Source of the DNA: Basidiobolus meristosporus CBS 931.73
Taxonomy: Eukaryota; Fungi; Basidiobolomycota
Length of the DNA: 64,000 nt
Reading direction: 5' to 3'
Assembly (NCBI GenBank): GCA_002104905.1
Contig: MCFE01000011.1
Span: forward strand, 186,001 to 250,000
Of this stretch, positions 12,940 to 24,720 are shown one piece after another. Numbering within the stretch: position 1 is the first letter of the stretch; each line of letters opens with the position of its first letter. Made by a program: the position numbers and the translations under genes. The notes under the pieces were generated by a model. It was not told where the DNA came from, made no database searches, and worked only from the letters and a program-made list of their open reading frames with translations.

Positions 12940-13955
12940 TCGTCTGTTGCTTTAACTGAATTGTACTCCTTGTATATATAATAATAAACTTTACTAATGA
13001 CTATGCCTCTGTATCTCCAAATCTAATGGCAAAATACGGACATGAGCGACGATATTGGCAAGGAATACCTTTCAAGCGCCAAAAGATACCAAATAGAAGA
13101 TTCTCAAGCGTTGTGGTCAAGGATCTTAGAGTAGAGCACCTTCAAATCAGATTGGTGGTGGAGTTCGTACAACTTCTAAGAAATGCATCTGTTAAGATGA
13201 AATATCATTTTCCAGTTTGACTCGTACTCTTGCTGCATATTATGCTCACATTAGAGTCTAGATTAATGGCACCAGTGGCGGATCTCACATATATATATTA
13301 TAGGGAATGACATCCTGAGCCATGTGAGAAACTTGTGTAATACATGTATCCATGATCTTATCAATCATGAATTCGTATGATAAAGCTTTGATAAGATTTG
13401 CACAACGATCACTCCCATAAGCCTAAATACACCAAATTTACCAGATTTGAAAATTAAATCATAAACGCTTAATTCAATGCCTGAGATATATAGGCGTCTT
13501 CGTCACTGTTACTAACTCGAAAATGCGCAGTAAAATTCATCATCAATGTTTCAATCGACATTTTGTGATAGGTTTCATCAATGATAGCAGTAGTGTTGGC
13601 TGATTACGAAGCGAGTAGAAGGCCAAATCCAAGCCTTGCATAGAAGCCAAGTACCATAAGAAATTAGCTTAGGTAAGGTCATCTGCTGCAGATCAGTAGT
13701 GTCCTAATTTCCCATGTACCAAGGTATAATTGGCTAATTTGTTCAGAATTATCTTGGACAGATATGCTATTATCCACATCCAAATTAACAAAGAAGCTTT
13801 GATTCTCATTTGGAGATAGATAGATAGATATACTATTTTGAGAATTTTGTAGATATTAGAAGTAACTAGAAGAACTAGTAGACTATGTAGTTCTTACTTA
13901 ATGCTTGATTGGATGTAAAAGTGATATTTATAATTTTACAAGGAAGGCTCCAAGT

Positions 13956-14147
13956 GTTGTAAATTTAGTAATTACGCCTAAATATTCCATTAACCAAGTC
14001 ACTTAGGTCATAGAGTATGAATCTTATGATATCTTGCCCAAATTCTTTGTTGGGATTTATCTCAATTTATTATCAAAATATCAGGTTCCCAAGACATGAA
14101 AATTATAGTTGATGTAAGTATTTAGGTGTAAATACAAAATTTACAAC
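13956..14147. mobile_element. ~190 bp element bounded by 31-bp terminal inverted repeats (MITE-like relic)
   Basis: 13956-13986 (gttgtaaatttagtaattacgcctaaatatt) and 14117-14147 match as an inverted repeat at 27/31 positions. The left arm and core have a diverged copy at 53376-53525. I saw no clear target-site duplication. Confidence 0.5.
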
Positions 14148-15084
14148 TGATTCTTGGAGAAGCCCAAGTTTCACAAACAAATTCTCATGACCTTATTGCT
14201 TTCTAGGATCTATCACTATATATAGTATGACAAACAACTGCTATTATAGAGTGCCCAAGACAGCTAAATGACCAAGCAGGTAAGATATGTTCTTCTTGGT
14301 TCAACTTGCTTCAATGAATACATAGTAGCGTGGTTCACCTTGTAAAATGCCAGCAGATGAAGGTGATGATAAACTAGTATGATAGAGGTGTGTACTATAA
14401 GACCGCTTTCAGTATTGGGCTTTGTAGCAGCTGAATAGCCGGAATGAGAGGTCTGACTATATAGAAATGACCAGGTCCTTTAATATATGTTTGAGCAGAT
14501 ATCATGTAAACAGACAAACTTGTAGAAAAAATAGGGCAATATTCTAATGGGAGGTACCAATGGCTGAGTGTATGTCGACCTTAATTTCAAAGTTGGATAG
14601 TCAACACGTTCTGTAAATATTACTTGCATCACAGCAACCAAACAATATTCTAGTATCCGCTACATGCATTAGCACGACATTATTTACATCATAAATACAC
14701 ACATGTCGAGGTTAGGCATAGCGTGTCCAGGAAAAACAGAGTCGAGCCATTTGGATCTTAACGTCAAAAGACTCAAACATTAGTATCTCCACATTCTTTG
14801 CGAACATTAATAGCGTATGAGTGCTTTAATTAAATGGAATTGGAAAGATATAGCAATGACATTCTTATCAGTTGGTCTTTGCAGCATGGTTCGAGTTACA
14901 TAATTGTGAGATACAAAGCTTATTCATGATTAAATGCTATAGTTGATTAGAATCTATTACTCTGGCAAACAATAGATGCAAAAAATGCATAACGACAACC
15001 ATATAAAATGACTTCTAGATGGTTCATAACGTACAATCCCATTTGATTTCATAATCATTTGCACTTCCAAATCAGACTTTCCTT

Positions 15085-16662
15085 ATGAACGAAGAGAAAA
15101 AGGTTGGGCACGACGTAAAGCTCACATCAGTTAATGATGAGTATGAGGATCAGACGGACCCAGCGGATATAAAGATTCGTGTTGCTGGGAAAATCCCCCT
15201 TGCCGCTTGGTTTATTATTGTCACTGAGTTATGCGAGCGGTTTGCTTTTTATGGAGCTTCTCTATTATTTCAGCCCTATATGATCAAAGTTCTTGGGTTC
15301 AACAAGGGGACAGCTACTGCTGTAAATAGAGGTTTCCAGTTTATGGCGTACCTTACTACCATTCTTGGCGCGATTATAGCTGATAGATATTTCGGAAAAT
15401 TCAAGACCATAGTTTTTTTCTCCATCCTTTATATGGTTGGTTTGGCCATCTTGGCGCTCAGCGCACTACCATCCTCTGTGGGAGGAAGCTTCGGGGTTGT
15501 TGGATTCATTCTCTCATTGTACATTTTCATTTCCTTTGGCACAGGTGGTATCAAGTCCAACGTATCCTCATTCGCCGCTGAACAAGTCAAGGATGGCCTG
15601 TATCCTACAAAAGCTGCTGGAGTATACACCGACTCTCAACTTACTGTTGAACGAGTATTTCGCTTCTTCTACTGGGCAATCAACCTCGGGGCTTTATTGG
15701 GCCAATTCATTTGCCCCATTATCGCTAACGACTACGGCTCCTACCCGATTGCTTTCTCTCTTCCGGCCATCATGTTCGTCGTCGGGATTATTATATTCGT
15801 TGCCGCCAAGAAACTTTACTTTGTCAAGCCTCCATCTGGCACAGTCCTTTCCAAAACCTATTGCTGTATCAAATATGCAGTGTCTCATCGTAAAGCTGCG
15901 AAGAGCAATCACAACTCCCGTGGGCCCATCGACCACTGGTTAGACTATGCCAAAGTTGATGGTGTGGAGTGGAACGCTGAATTTGTTGATGACCTGAAGA
16001 AAACCTTGCGTGCATGCTTGGTATTCTTATTCTATCCGTTTTACTGGGCCTTATATTATAATATGTCTGACAACTTCATCAACATGGGACTTACTATGGA
16101 GCGACCATCTTTTATTGGCGGCCCGGAACAGCTGAATCTCATCAACAGTCTTGTATTGGTTGTTGCCATCCCAATTTTTGACTCGGTGATTTTTCCCATT
16201 TTAAGAAGAATGGGATGTCGGTTAGGTCCAATAACACGGATTACCATCGGATTTACCATCGCTACCTTCACTTTTGTATACGTAACAGTTCTCCAGCACC
16301 AAGTATACAGTACTGGACCTTACTACGATTTCACCGATTTGAGCAGTCTGCCGCCCGGAAAGGAGCCAGTCAACAATATTTCGATTTGGTGGCAAGTCAT
16401 TCCATTTATTGGTATTGCCATATCTGAGATTTTCGCCTCAGTAACCGGACTAGAGTTTGCGTTCCGTCAAGCCGCGCCCGAACTCAAATCTGTTGTCACA
16501 GCATTATTCCTGTTTACGAACTGTGGTGGAAGTTTGATTGGATTGATCCTAGCGATTTGGAGCAACGATCCGTACTTTGTCTATGTGTTCGGAATCCAAA
16601 CCGGATTGATGGCTGTTATGACTGTTGTCTTCTACTGGTTGTTCAGGAAGTACGACAGTTAA
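15085..16662 (+). CDS. PTR2: POT/PTR2 family proton-dependent oligopeptide transporter
   Basis: Intronless 525 aa multi-TM ORF with the ELCERFAFYG (ExxERFxYY-like) motif, GAIIADRYFGKFKTI, GTGGIKSNVS, FRFFYWAINLGAL and GLEFAF..AP..LKS. Confidence 0.93.
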   Translation: MNEEKKVGHDVKLTSVNDEYEDQTDPADIKIRVAGKIPLAAWFIIVTELCERFAFYGASLLFQPYMIKVLGFNKGTATAVNRGFQFMAYLTTILGAIIADRYFGKFKTIVFFSILYMVGLAILALSALPSSVGGSFGVVGFILSLYIFISFGTGGIKSNVSSFAAEQVKDGLYPTKAAGVYTDSQLTVERVFRFFYWAINLGALLGQFICPIIANDYGSYPIAFSLPAIMFVVGIIIFVAAKKLYFVKPPSGTVLSKTYCCIKYAVSHRKAAKSNHNSRGPIDHWLDYAKVDGVEWNAEFVDDLKKTLRACLVFLFYPFYWALYYNMSDNFINMGLTMERPSFIGGPEQLNLINSLVLVVAIPIFDSVIFPILRRMGCRLGPITRITIGFTIATFTFVYVTVLQHQVYSTGPYYDFTDLSSLPPGKEPVNNISIWWQVIPFIGIAISEIFASVTGLEFAFRQAAPELKSVVTALFLFTNCGGSLIGLILAIWSNDPYFVYVFGIQTGLMAVMTVVFYWLFRKYDS

Positions 16663-17042
16663 TTGTTCGAACTCCACTATCTTATCCCCCATTATACCTC
16701 CTTGTATTTGGCATTATACAAAGTAATCAATAGACGAATCATTTTATGCTGGGGAGAAATATTCCTTGACAAAAAATGGATGTAGCAATACGCACTCTTC
16801 GGTTTGACATTGGCTGACGATTGGTAAGTTGGATTTCAAGCGCCCAGTGAAAGATAACAGACCACGAACTATCAAAGAGTAGAGATTGTCCCAATGAAGT
16901 AGCCTCAATAGAGTTGGATGGTCTGCCAGACAACATTATACATCTTGGGGTATTAGTTAGCTCAAATAGTTTATTGTATAAAACCAAGATGAAGTGAAAC
17001 CAGATCGATTTAATACACCACAAACCCCGTCCAAGGGCTGAC

Positions 17043-17459
17043 TTACTCGTCAGGCCAATGACGTGGAATTCCACTGTCGCGGGGTGCATTCGCGTGGGTG
17101 ATAATAATGGAGTCCTTTATACTCCTTCTCGGCGCAGAACGAGTTGCTTCAGTGTCGCCAGAAACGTCTGCTTGCCCCGTTGAATGCCCTCGATTTCCCT
17201 CCTCAGTCGCCCAATGCTTTGGGATTCCACTCCCTTCGGGTGCGTTTGCGTGACTAATAAATATGGAATCTTTTATACTAGGCTTGGAGGTTTCTTTTAG
17301 CTCTCTCCCTGCATGCTTCGAACTTTCTTTGGAAGATTCAGGGTGACTTTTGGAATCTTGCTCAGTGGTTTTGGAGGTGTGTTCGGTAGACAGAGGGTGT
17401 TGTGAAGTCGCTTCACCTGGAGCCTTGTGAGGGGCTAAATCTTTACCTGAGGATACCAT
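17043..17459 (-). CDS. Small hydrophilic protein (138 aa) with two copies of a 23 aa repeat
   Basis: ATG-initiated ORF with TATAAA at 17553-17558 (minus strand). Repeats: SIKDSIFISHANAPEGSGIPKHW (17211-17279) and SIKDSIIITHANAPRDSGIPRHW (17055-17123). Confidence 0.7.
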   Translation of the reverse strand: MVSSGKDLAPHKAPGEATSQHPLSTEHTSKTTEQDSKSHPESSKESSKHAGRELKETSKPSIKDSIFISHANAPEGSGIPKHWATEEGNRGHSTGQADVSGDTEATRSAPRRSIKDSIIITHANAPRDSGIPRHWPDE

Positions 17460-17602
17460 TTCTGGAGTGAAATATGGGCGGGTAGGTAAGAGGAATTTTA
17501 CTCTATAAAGATTGCTATTGTGCTTTACTTACCGCGTCATTCCTTGCAGGCATTTATATCAAATAGCACCCTCTTTCAAGAGACACTTCACTTCAGAAAT
17601 GC

Positions 17603-17616
17603 GGATGATGTCATCC
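17603..17616. promoter_or_regulatory. Near-palindromic CRE/ATF-like site upstream of the 17043-17459 gene
   Basis: GGATGATGTCATCC (core TGATGTCA) lies about 45 nt upstream of that gene's TATA box. Its function is inferred. Confidence 0.35.
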
Positions 17617-18250
17617 ACGAATGGCACATGTATCGAATCCTAACGCACAAGGAATAAATGATTTTTTGACTCATCAATCCAATTGCTATATGGTTAACAA
17701 ATGACTGTGCTGTCATTCCGTTGATTCGTATGATCTTTGGCTTTGCTCAGGTACAGGATGGATAACATCGATGATATCATTGCCAGGATTGTAATGACCG
17801 TCCATACGCAATTGAGTCAACACTTTCCGGGCGAGGACTACCTCATCTCTACTTGCACTCCGACGATATGGTTTAGTTTACGTCTTTATTGGTGAATGGC
17901 TTACAAACTCAAAAATGGTGCAGCTTTGATAACAGCAACATGGCAGTAATCGATATATGAGGAATATTGGCAAAAATGCGAGTAACTGGCAGGAGTGGAA
18001 GCAGGGGGAATGACGATAGTTATCTGCACCTGCTCTTTTTAAGCAAAGTTGATTTCCCAGTTGTAACTAACTACACTACTGGAGAATGGGAATTTCGTAG
18101 GTTCTTAGAATACCGGATAAATATGACTATGGCTGGCATGAAGGTATTCTGGGTGGCAGTTCAGTTTAGTCAACGGAACCAGGTCTTCCGAATGCTGCCA
18201 AGCACTTATTAAGGCCAAGCTGTTCGATGTCGAAGTGGGGTATCAACAGC

Positions 18251-19077
18251 TCAAATGGAGACAGTGACATTATCTGCATTCTTGATCGCCTCATCAATAC
18301 GACTGGTAATGGAAATGCATCGGATATTTTGGGTTGAGGGAAGTGAACTCAGGTCGAATTTTCGATACAGAACGGTGAATGTTACAGTAGAAGTGATGTT
18401 CACTGATATCAATTCATCCTCTTTGCATTTGCGAATAATCTGTCCAATGGCTTCACTTGAGCCACCACTTAGATCCAGCAACCAAGGGACCTGGAAAGTC
18501 TTATCGGCACTTTGTTGCGGAAAAATAGAAGTTTTCTCCGAGTACGTATACTTGAATATATGTGGAGATGATCCAACCGTTGTCTAAAATGGACCGTCTT
18601 CAGCATTAGAATTATAACTAAATATATTCTCGATGTACCGAGACTTACCTGGATGAGTATTTGATCACTCGAGATGGAGAAATAGTTTGGGTTCGATACC
18701 GTAGCACTTAAAATCATCGGTAATTCCAAAGAAGGGCTCTTGTTCGGCTCCAACCTCCAATTAGCAAGGTTCCCAGTCATCTTCCATGATACATCGCCAT
18801 GAGGGGCACGAGGCCAATAGAAGAAGCCAGCCAAAATTCCCGTCAAAAGGAAAATCCCCAGAACAGACACCCAAAGAGTTACCTTCAATGTGAAGAATCT
18901 GGTTAACTTGTTGACTAGACCTTTATTGGTCTCCACTGAGATTGGAGTAGCTTTGCTGGAGTCGAGTCCAAACACAATATGCTCCTTTTTCACTTTGATT
19001 TCGGTCTCCCAGTCGTAAGACTCATCCACATCTTTCTTGAAAGGCTTCTTCATCTTTGACTTGGCAAATCCCCTCAT
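18251..19077 (-). CDS. Single-pass membrane protein with LEA_2-like (NHL/HIN1-type) luminal domain (253 aa, 2 exons)
   Basis: Exon 19077-18649, intron 18648-18584 (GTAAGT..TTTAG), exon 18583-18251. A basic N-terminus and TM helix ending FFYWPR are followed by SATVSNPNYFSISSDQI, the typical V.NPN signature of LEA_2. Confidence 0.7.
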
Positions 19078-20795
19078 AACGCTCTTGAGGGTATACACAC
19101 TTGGAATCGGACAACGATAAATAGTCAATTTGGGATTATATATACCAATGAAGCTTAGGAACAGGGTCGACTGAAGGCGCACCGATGTATGTTGCACGTA
19201 AAAATCGGTGGTTAGGCGAACAGAAAAGATCAATATTAGATCAGTTGTCGGTAACACAGAAGTGAGTCCAAGAGAGATTTAGTTTTCAACTTTAAAACAC
19301 AAGCATGGTCAAGTCTCAGGCGCTCGATTTATGTATATTCACCTCCATATTATTGACCAAATTTCAGGAGTAGAATACATAGATGATGCAGCGGAACATG
19401 TAGCAACGAGCTAACTGATGCAGTATTTCTTCAGTCGCTCCTCGATTCTAGGAAAACAATAGGATCATGAAGAACGAAAGGGAAATGGAAAATGCATGTG
19501 AAAGGCCAATAGATCGGTTATTTGCGCGGAGTCTCACTTTCCTATTTGGTGGATCTGTTCGTGTTGCATATGCGAAGTAGATGTCAGAAATCCCCTTTTC
19601 ACTTGAATGTGTTCATCCTAAGTGATTGTTTGATAGTAGGCTGTTGATCACATTGTGGCTCCCTGCAAGGGAATACCATGATATCACGACAGTCCCCGTG
19701 CAACTCCCCACTATCGTAGTGGTATGCGGAATATTAGGATGGAGAATAGCATGTTGCAGTTTTACCAGAACACCGAAATTGCGGGAAGCAATCCGCAGCT
19801 TCATGAAATGCGTATGGGGAAAATATTCATTCAATCCGATGTTGGCACCATCAAGCTTCTGGGCTCCGCACGTTTCATGTTACGAATGCGAGATGTCTAG
19901 GTTCAACGACCTTAAACATGGATACCTATGTATAACCCATTCTCATTCAAATCTATGTCCCTTTGAATCACTAATGCGATGCTGGCCCGAACTTCCGAAC
20001 AACGATATACGCATCGATATCTAACAATTTGAATATCCTCATACGTAACCAAGTCACCACCAATTGACAAAAGAGCACATTATCCTCCATCACATTAATG
20101 TACCTGACCAATAATTGATTGCTATGCAAATCATGTATGGTCTTCACGTCTGGATTCATACATCTTGTGATTCTATATTCCAAAACGACAATCTTTATTA
20201 GGTCTCATATCCTATCTGAGATTATACATTTCACTGCTTCACTATGGATATCCCACCAATAGGCTCGTGTAGACTTATCTACCCAAACAATGACTTGACA
20301 ATTGTTATGGACGTGTACATTCAGGACACGCATTACCTCGTGCGCTTCGGGCTGACGCAGAAATGTCACGATACCACCTTGAACCAAACTGGTACTTTGT
20401 ACAAACCATTTAATTGTCAAGAACGCCAACACTAATTTGTACAACTAAAAATTCTAAAATATGAATACAAAGTTTACATACATGTTCTGAAAGTGTGGCA
20501 ATCTGCGAAGCGATATGTGTGAGCAAGGGTATTGTCTCGGTCATTCGTCTGGCCATGGCTCTGTGCATAGGCCAGATTTCTACTATAACTACTTGTTTGG
20601 AATCTATAGTGGTGTAGGCGGATATTGTGTTCATCACATGGCTAGTTCATCTTTCAACGGTGAATATGGGTGAGTTAGTACTAATGAGATAGTGAGAATC
20701 ATAGTCAAGGGCACGCTCTAGGTACGGGATTACACATTAGTGAATGTCTATGTTGAGGTAAGAAGCCTCTGCAAGTTGACAAGGTCCAGGCTTTC

Positions 20796-21925
20796 TTAGG
20801 CTGTAGATGTACGGCAGTATCTGTTTGTTTCTTCATATTCTGGAGTGCATGCGTCAAAAAGTGTCTCGTATGAGGGAGGCAATGAAGTCGATGTAAGGCA
20901 ACGTTCAATAGGTCGATAAGGCGGTAGATCTAGAAATATCTCCTGGCTGGACCCCGAAATAATGACAACAGGAATACCAACGTAGACAGCTTTAACCGCA
21001 CCAGGTGAAGTACGGAATTCAATTTTCACCTTCAGTTTGTGTCGAACGTAGATCAAATCGGTCACACAATCACATTGAATAGTGCTACTAGATAATGGAA
21101 TCTCCAGGCTAAGACTCTTCTCCCAATTACCTTGATTTTTAGGGAAGTCTACATTCGAAAGTCGACTGATCCAACGTGTTTGGAGCTTGCACCTTCCTCC
21201 CCCAGCGACCCTGTAAGTGATATATTCCTTTAACAAGCAGGATACTTTTCGTAGCCTTGTATCTTCAGACATTAGCAATATGTTGAAGTGGATGGGTATT
21301 ATCTCCCCTAGACCAAATGCTTTAGAAGGGATGTGGACGTCGTACGCAAGCTTATTGTTCCAAACTTCGGAAACGCTAACTGCTTGGATGAGTTCTGTTG
21401 AAGAAGGCAAAGCAAATCGCTTGATAACGATATCCCTCTCGATCGAATAGTTTGTACAAAAAGTAGGACGATCTATGGTTGCTTTCAGTGTATATTCAAC
21501 AGTGCCGAATTCGGTATGAATGGTTTCAGGTAGGTCCCCGCTCAATGCCACTTCGAAAGGATATGAATGCTCTCCTTTGCGCAGCACCATGGGCTTCTTG
21601 TGTGCTTCAATGAAGGTCCACGGAAAGGAAATCACCGTTCGAGTTTCATTCCTCGTTTTATTTTTTGAGCTCGGCACTAGGTGAAGAAAGCAGTCAATGA
21701 GTCAGTAAAACCAACGCCAGACGTAGCACGACTAAATTTACCATGATCCCAGAAAACTTTCATTTTGCCTTCCAAGAGAAGAGAAACACTTCTAACTTTA
21801 AGAGGCTCGGGGAGGTATAAACATAGGGTACCGCGTAACACGGCACCTGCTGATTCAGTGGCTGGACCATAGAAGATGACGCTCTCATTAGCTGGTAGGA
21901 TTTTAATGATAGGAGCTCGCGTCAT
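20796..21925 (-). CDS. Alpha-arrestin no.3, 2 exons (354 aa)
   Basis: Exon 21925-21742, phase-1 intron 21741-21677 (65 nt), exon 21676-20796. Motifs LRGTL.L.L.EPLKVRSV.L.LEG and G.HSYPFE..LSGDLPETI.T.FG.V.Y.LKA.IDRP. PY-type motifs LPPY, PPSY and TPEY. Confidence 0.9.
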
Positions 21926-23595
21926 GTTTAGTCTGGTAGGGAATGAGAATACGTGGTATTAGATTTAGGGAAGGAGAGCTCTTAAAAGTCACAGCCAAGA
22001 ATAGTCTGGTCCGAGCTTGGATATTTCTATATCTCCAAAAGAAAGGAACAAAATATAGAACAATTGTCAGATGGGTGAAATAGTTACGAAACTATTGGTA
22101 TCCATGAAAACTCTGGCGAACACGGTGTAACCGCGCTCGAGAGATGGAAGAATACTTATATGGAATTCAGAAATCACTGATATGTGAGATGTGATGCTGA
22201 CTGCAAGATTGTAATGTGGAATTGGTAAAGGTAATTAGCCGATTTCCACTCTGTGCAGAAGTGGGAAGAACCCGAATCGTTGGCTCGGTCTTTTTAGTAA
22301 ATCTCTGGACAGCAGGACATGATTGATGAAGGAAATCACCCATAGCTGGACGAAATTCGTATGCTAAGCTCGGAAAAAAGTTTTTAACCACAGATTCGAC
22401 TGGTCTTGACGAAAAGCATTCCTATATCCAGCTGCCTCCTTGCGCTGCCATTGGATGATGAGGAATACGTGCGTTCTCTTCTATTTTTATACCGAACTCC
22501 GGCATCCCCAATTGACGTACTTTTATCATCAACATGGAACGGATGATGCATGGTACTCCGCTTCCGTCGGTAAAATGAATCGTGATGGCCTTTTGCAGCA
22601 GTGCAACACAACCCAGTAGTGCAATGTGTGTGAATTCATCTTACTCCTGATGAGCCAATCAAATGGCACGCAGTAGACCATACTACCCTACACAATGAGT
22701 GTGTACATGTTCGCTCAACAACCTCAGCGGAAAATTAGGTGATTAGGTGGCTATTTTGGCAATCCACCCTCGCAGCATTTAGCATTGGGTGGGAGGACAT
22801 GACTCGCCCCATCGAGCTACGTGATTCTTCTAACAAACCATTCACACCGAACCTATATACGCTCATCAACCTTCTCTCAAAGCTTCGCCAAGTGAAGAAG
22901 CGCCTCCATTCACAATGGCAACTGTCATTGTCAAAAGTCTATCTGACGAGTGGCCCCAGATCACTTGACTCTGTTTCGTCGTCATACGCTATTGTATATT
23001 AGAAACCTGTATGGAATTGGGGCATCATTGTTGATGTTCTCATGATCAAAGTTGTGGGTGAACTAGGTGGGGGACATGCAAAACATTTGCTCAATTCCGT
23101 AGTCAGGTGAACTTCTCTCTTTCTCATAGTAAGGTAGTGGTGTCCAATATTCAGAATAACCACAAATGAAGTGCTAAGAAGACAAGGGCATGCGGTTTAA
23201 TCATTGTCTTACAATTCGAGACTTACCCAATTCAGATCAAACAAGAGTGTTAGGGGATGTGGGTTACCGTTGATCTACCTTGGTGTGATTTCCTATAATC
23301 AGAGCAATGCTGGATATTTTGGTTAGAACGCAGTCAGTCTAGTCTCACCAGTCCTCATTGATACTATCGTGCAATTGTTGATTTGCAATGAAGGGGTTCG
23401 TTATAAGATCCGTAATATATTGACGGTGCCAGATTACAATAAGAATCATTGGTTTCAAGAGAAGGCATTAGCTTGAAAACACATCTGATTGGTTTGAAGT
23501 GCCGGTCACATCATCCATGATTGCTTCAAATACCACTTGCCCGACTACTTTAATTTCACATTGTACCATCTTACCTGACCGTTATTCCTGATACT

Positions 23596-24489
23596 ATGGT
23601 GCGCGCACTATCTATTTTTGCTCAAGGATCTCTTATTGCTGCTCTTGTTCTACAGACCGCTCAGGCCATCTCTTTCAAGCAAGCACCTTTTAGTGCTCAA
23701 ACCCTGTACCCAAATGTTCCGGTTGACCTCTATGTTATGTCAAAATGTCCAGGTAACTTGCAAATATTTCGGTCAACCATTTGCGGTTTTATCTCACTAT
23801 AGCTTTTTCAGATGCTGTACGCTGTGAAGATGTCTTCGGACGGGTTCTAGATAAAGTCAGCAGCATCATTAATCTTAATGTGCACTATATTGGAGATGAA
23901 AAGGATGGCCAACTGGTTTGCAAGCATGGAGAGGCAGAGGTATACATCTCTACTCAAAAATCTGTTTATGAATATTCTCTTGCTGACTTTATGTTATCAT
24001 AGTGCCGGGGGAATAAAATGCAGCTCTGCGCTAAAGCCCTATATCGCTGGCACCAGATCCCCTCCGTTTGGTATAGGTTCATTCAATGCCAAAATGAGGA
24101 ATACCAAGAAATCGGAACAAACGAAAGCCTCGAGTATTGTGCTCTAATCAAAGATTTATCGTACAAGCGGCTCAAAGACTGTGCGGATGGACAATATGGC
24201 ACCCGGTTACTAAACCAATCCTTCACAGAGTCGAAAAAGAAAGGGATTAGGTACCCAAAGAATCCTCACATCATTGTTGATATTTGAATTTAATCACTCA
24301 ATTCTATCGATTAGCACGTCATGCACCATTGAAATCAATCAAAAGGTTCGCTGTATTCATGACTCCACCTGGAAAGAGTGCGATGGAGGCCATGAGGTTG
24401 AAGATTTTGTTCGTGATATTTGTGCAGCATATAAGATACTCTCCCCTCGATCTGTACTTCCGAAGGATTGTCCACAGGAACAAGCATAA
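23596..24489 (+). CDS. GILT-like (gamma-interferon-inducible lysosomal thiol reductase) secreted thioredoxin-fold protein, 4 exons
   Basis: Introns 23753-23811, 23940-24002 and 24251-24314 are all GT-AG and restore the frame. Signal peptide, then VPVDLYVMSKCP|DAVRCE, the GILT signature CKHGEAE|CRGNKMQLC, and W..F..CQN. Confidence 0.85.
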
Positions 24490-24720
24490 TCAAGTTTAAA
24501 CAAAGCAGTATTGGTAAAATCCCTTGTACTTACGGCCAAAGTCAAATATCAACAAATGTTAATAATCATGAGATTCATGCTGTAACTTCTCCAAATCGTT
24601 GAATCTACCACTAATAACCAACCCCAAGACCAATAAAGTCAGTTTATTTACCTTCGTTTGCTCTCAAATGGAATGTGTAATAAGGTAGCATCTATACACC
24701 TCCCACCAGGGAGTCGAAGG

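Noticed and set aside
19613-20637. Chain of short ORFs, including two same-frame minus ORFs separated by one stop (20205-20444, 19971-20183)
   Set aside because: No family similarity or convincing intron model. It could be a decayed gene or TE but I cannot support that.
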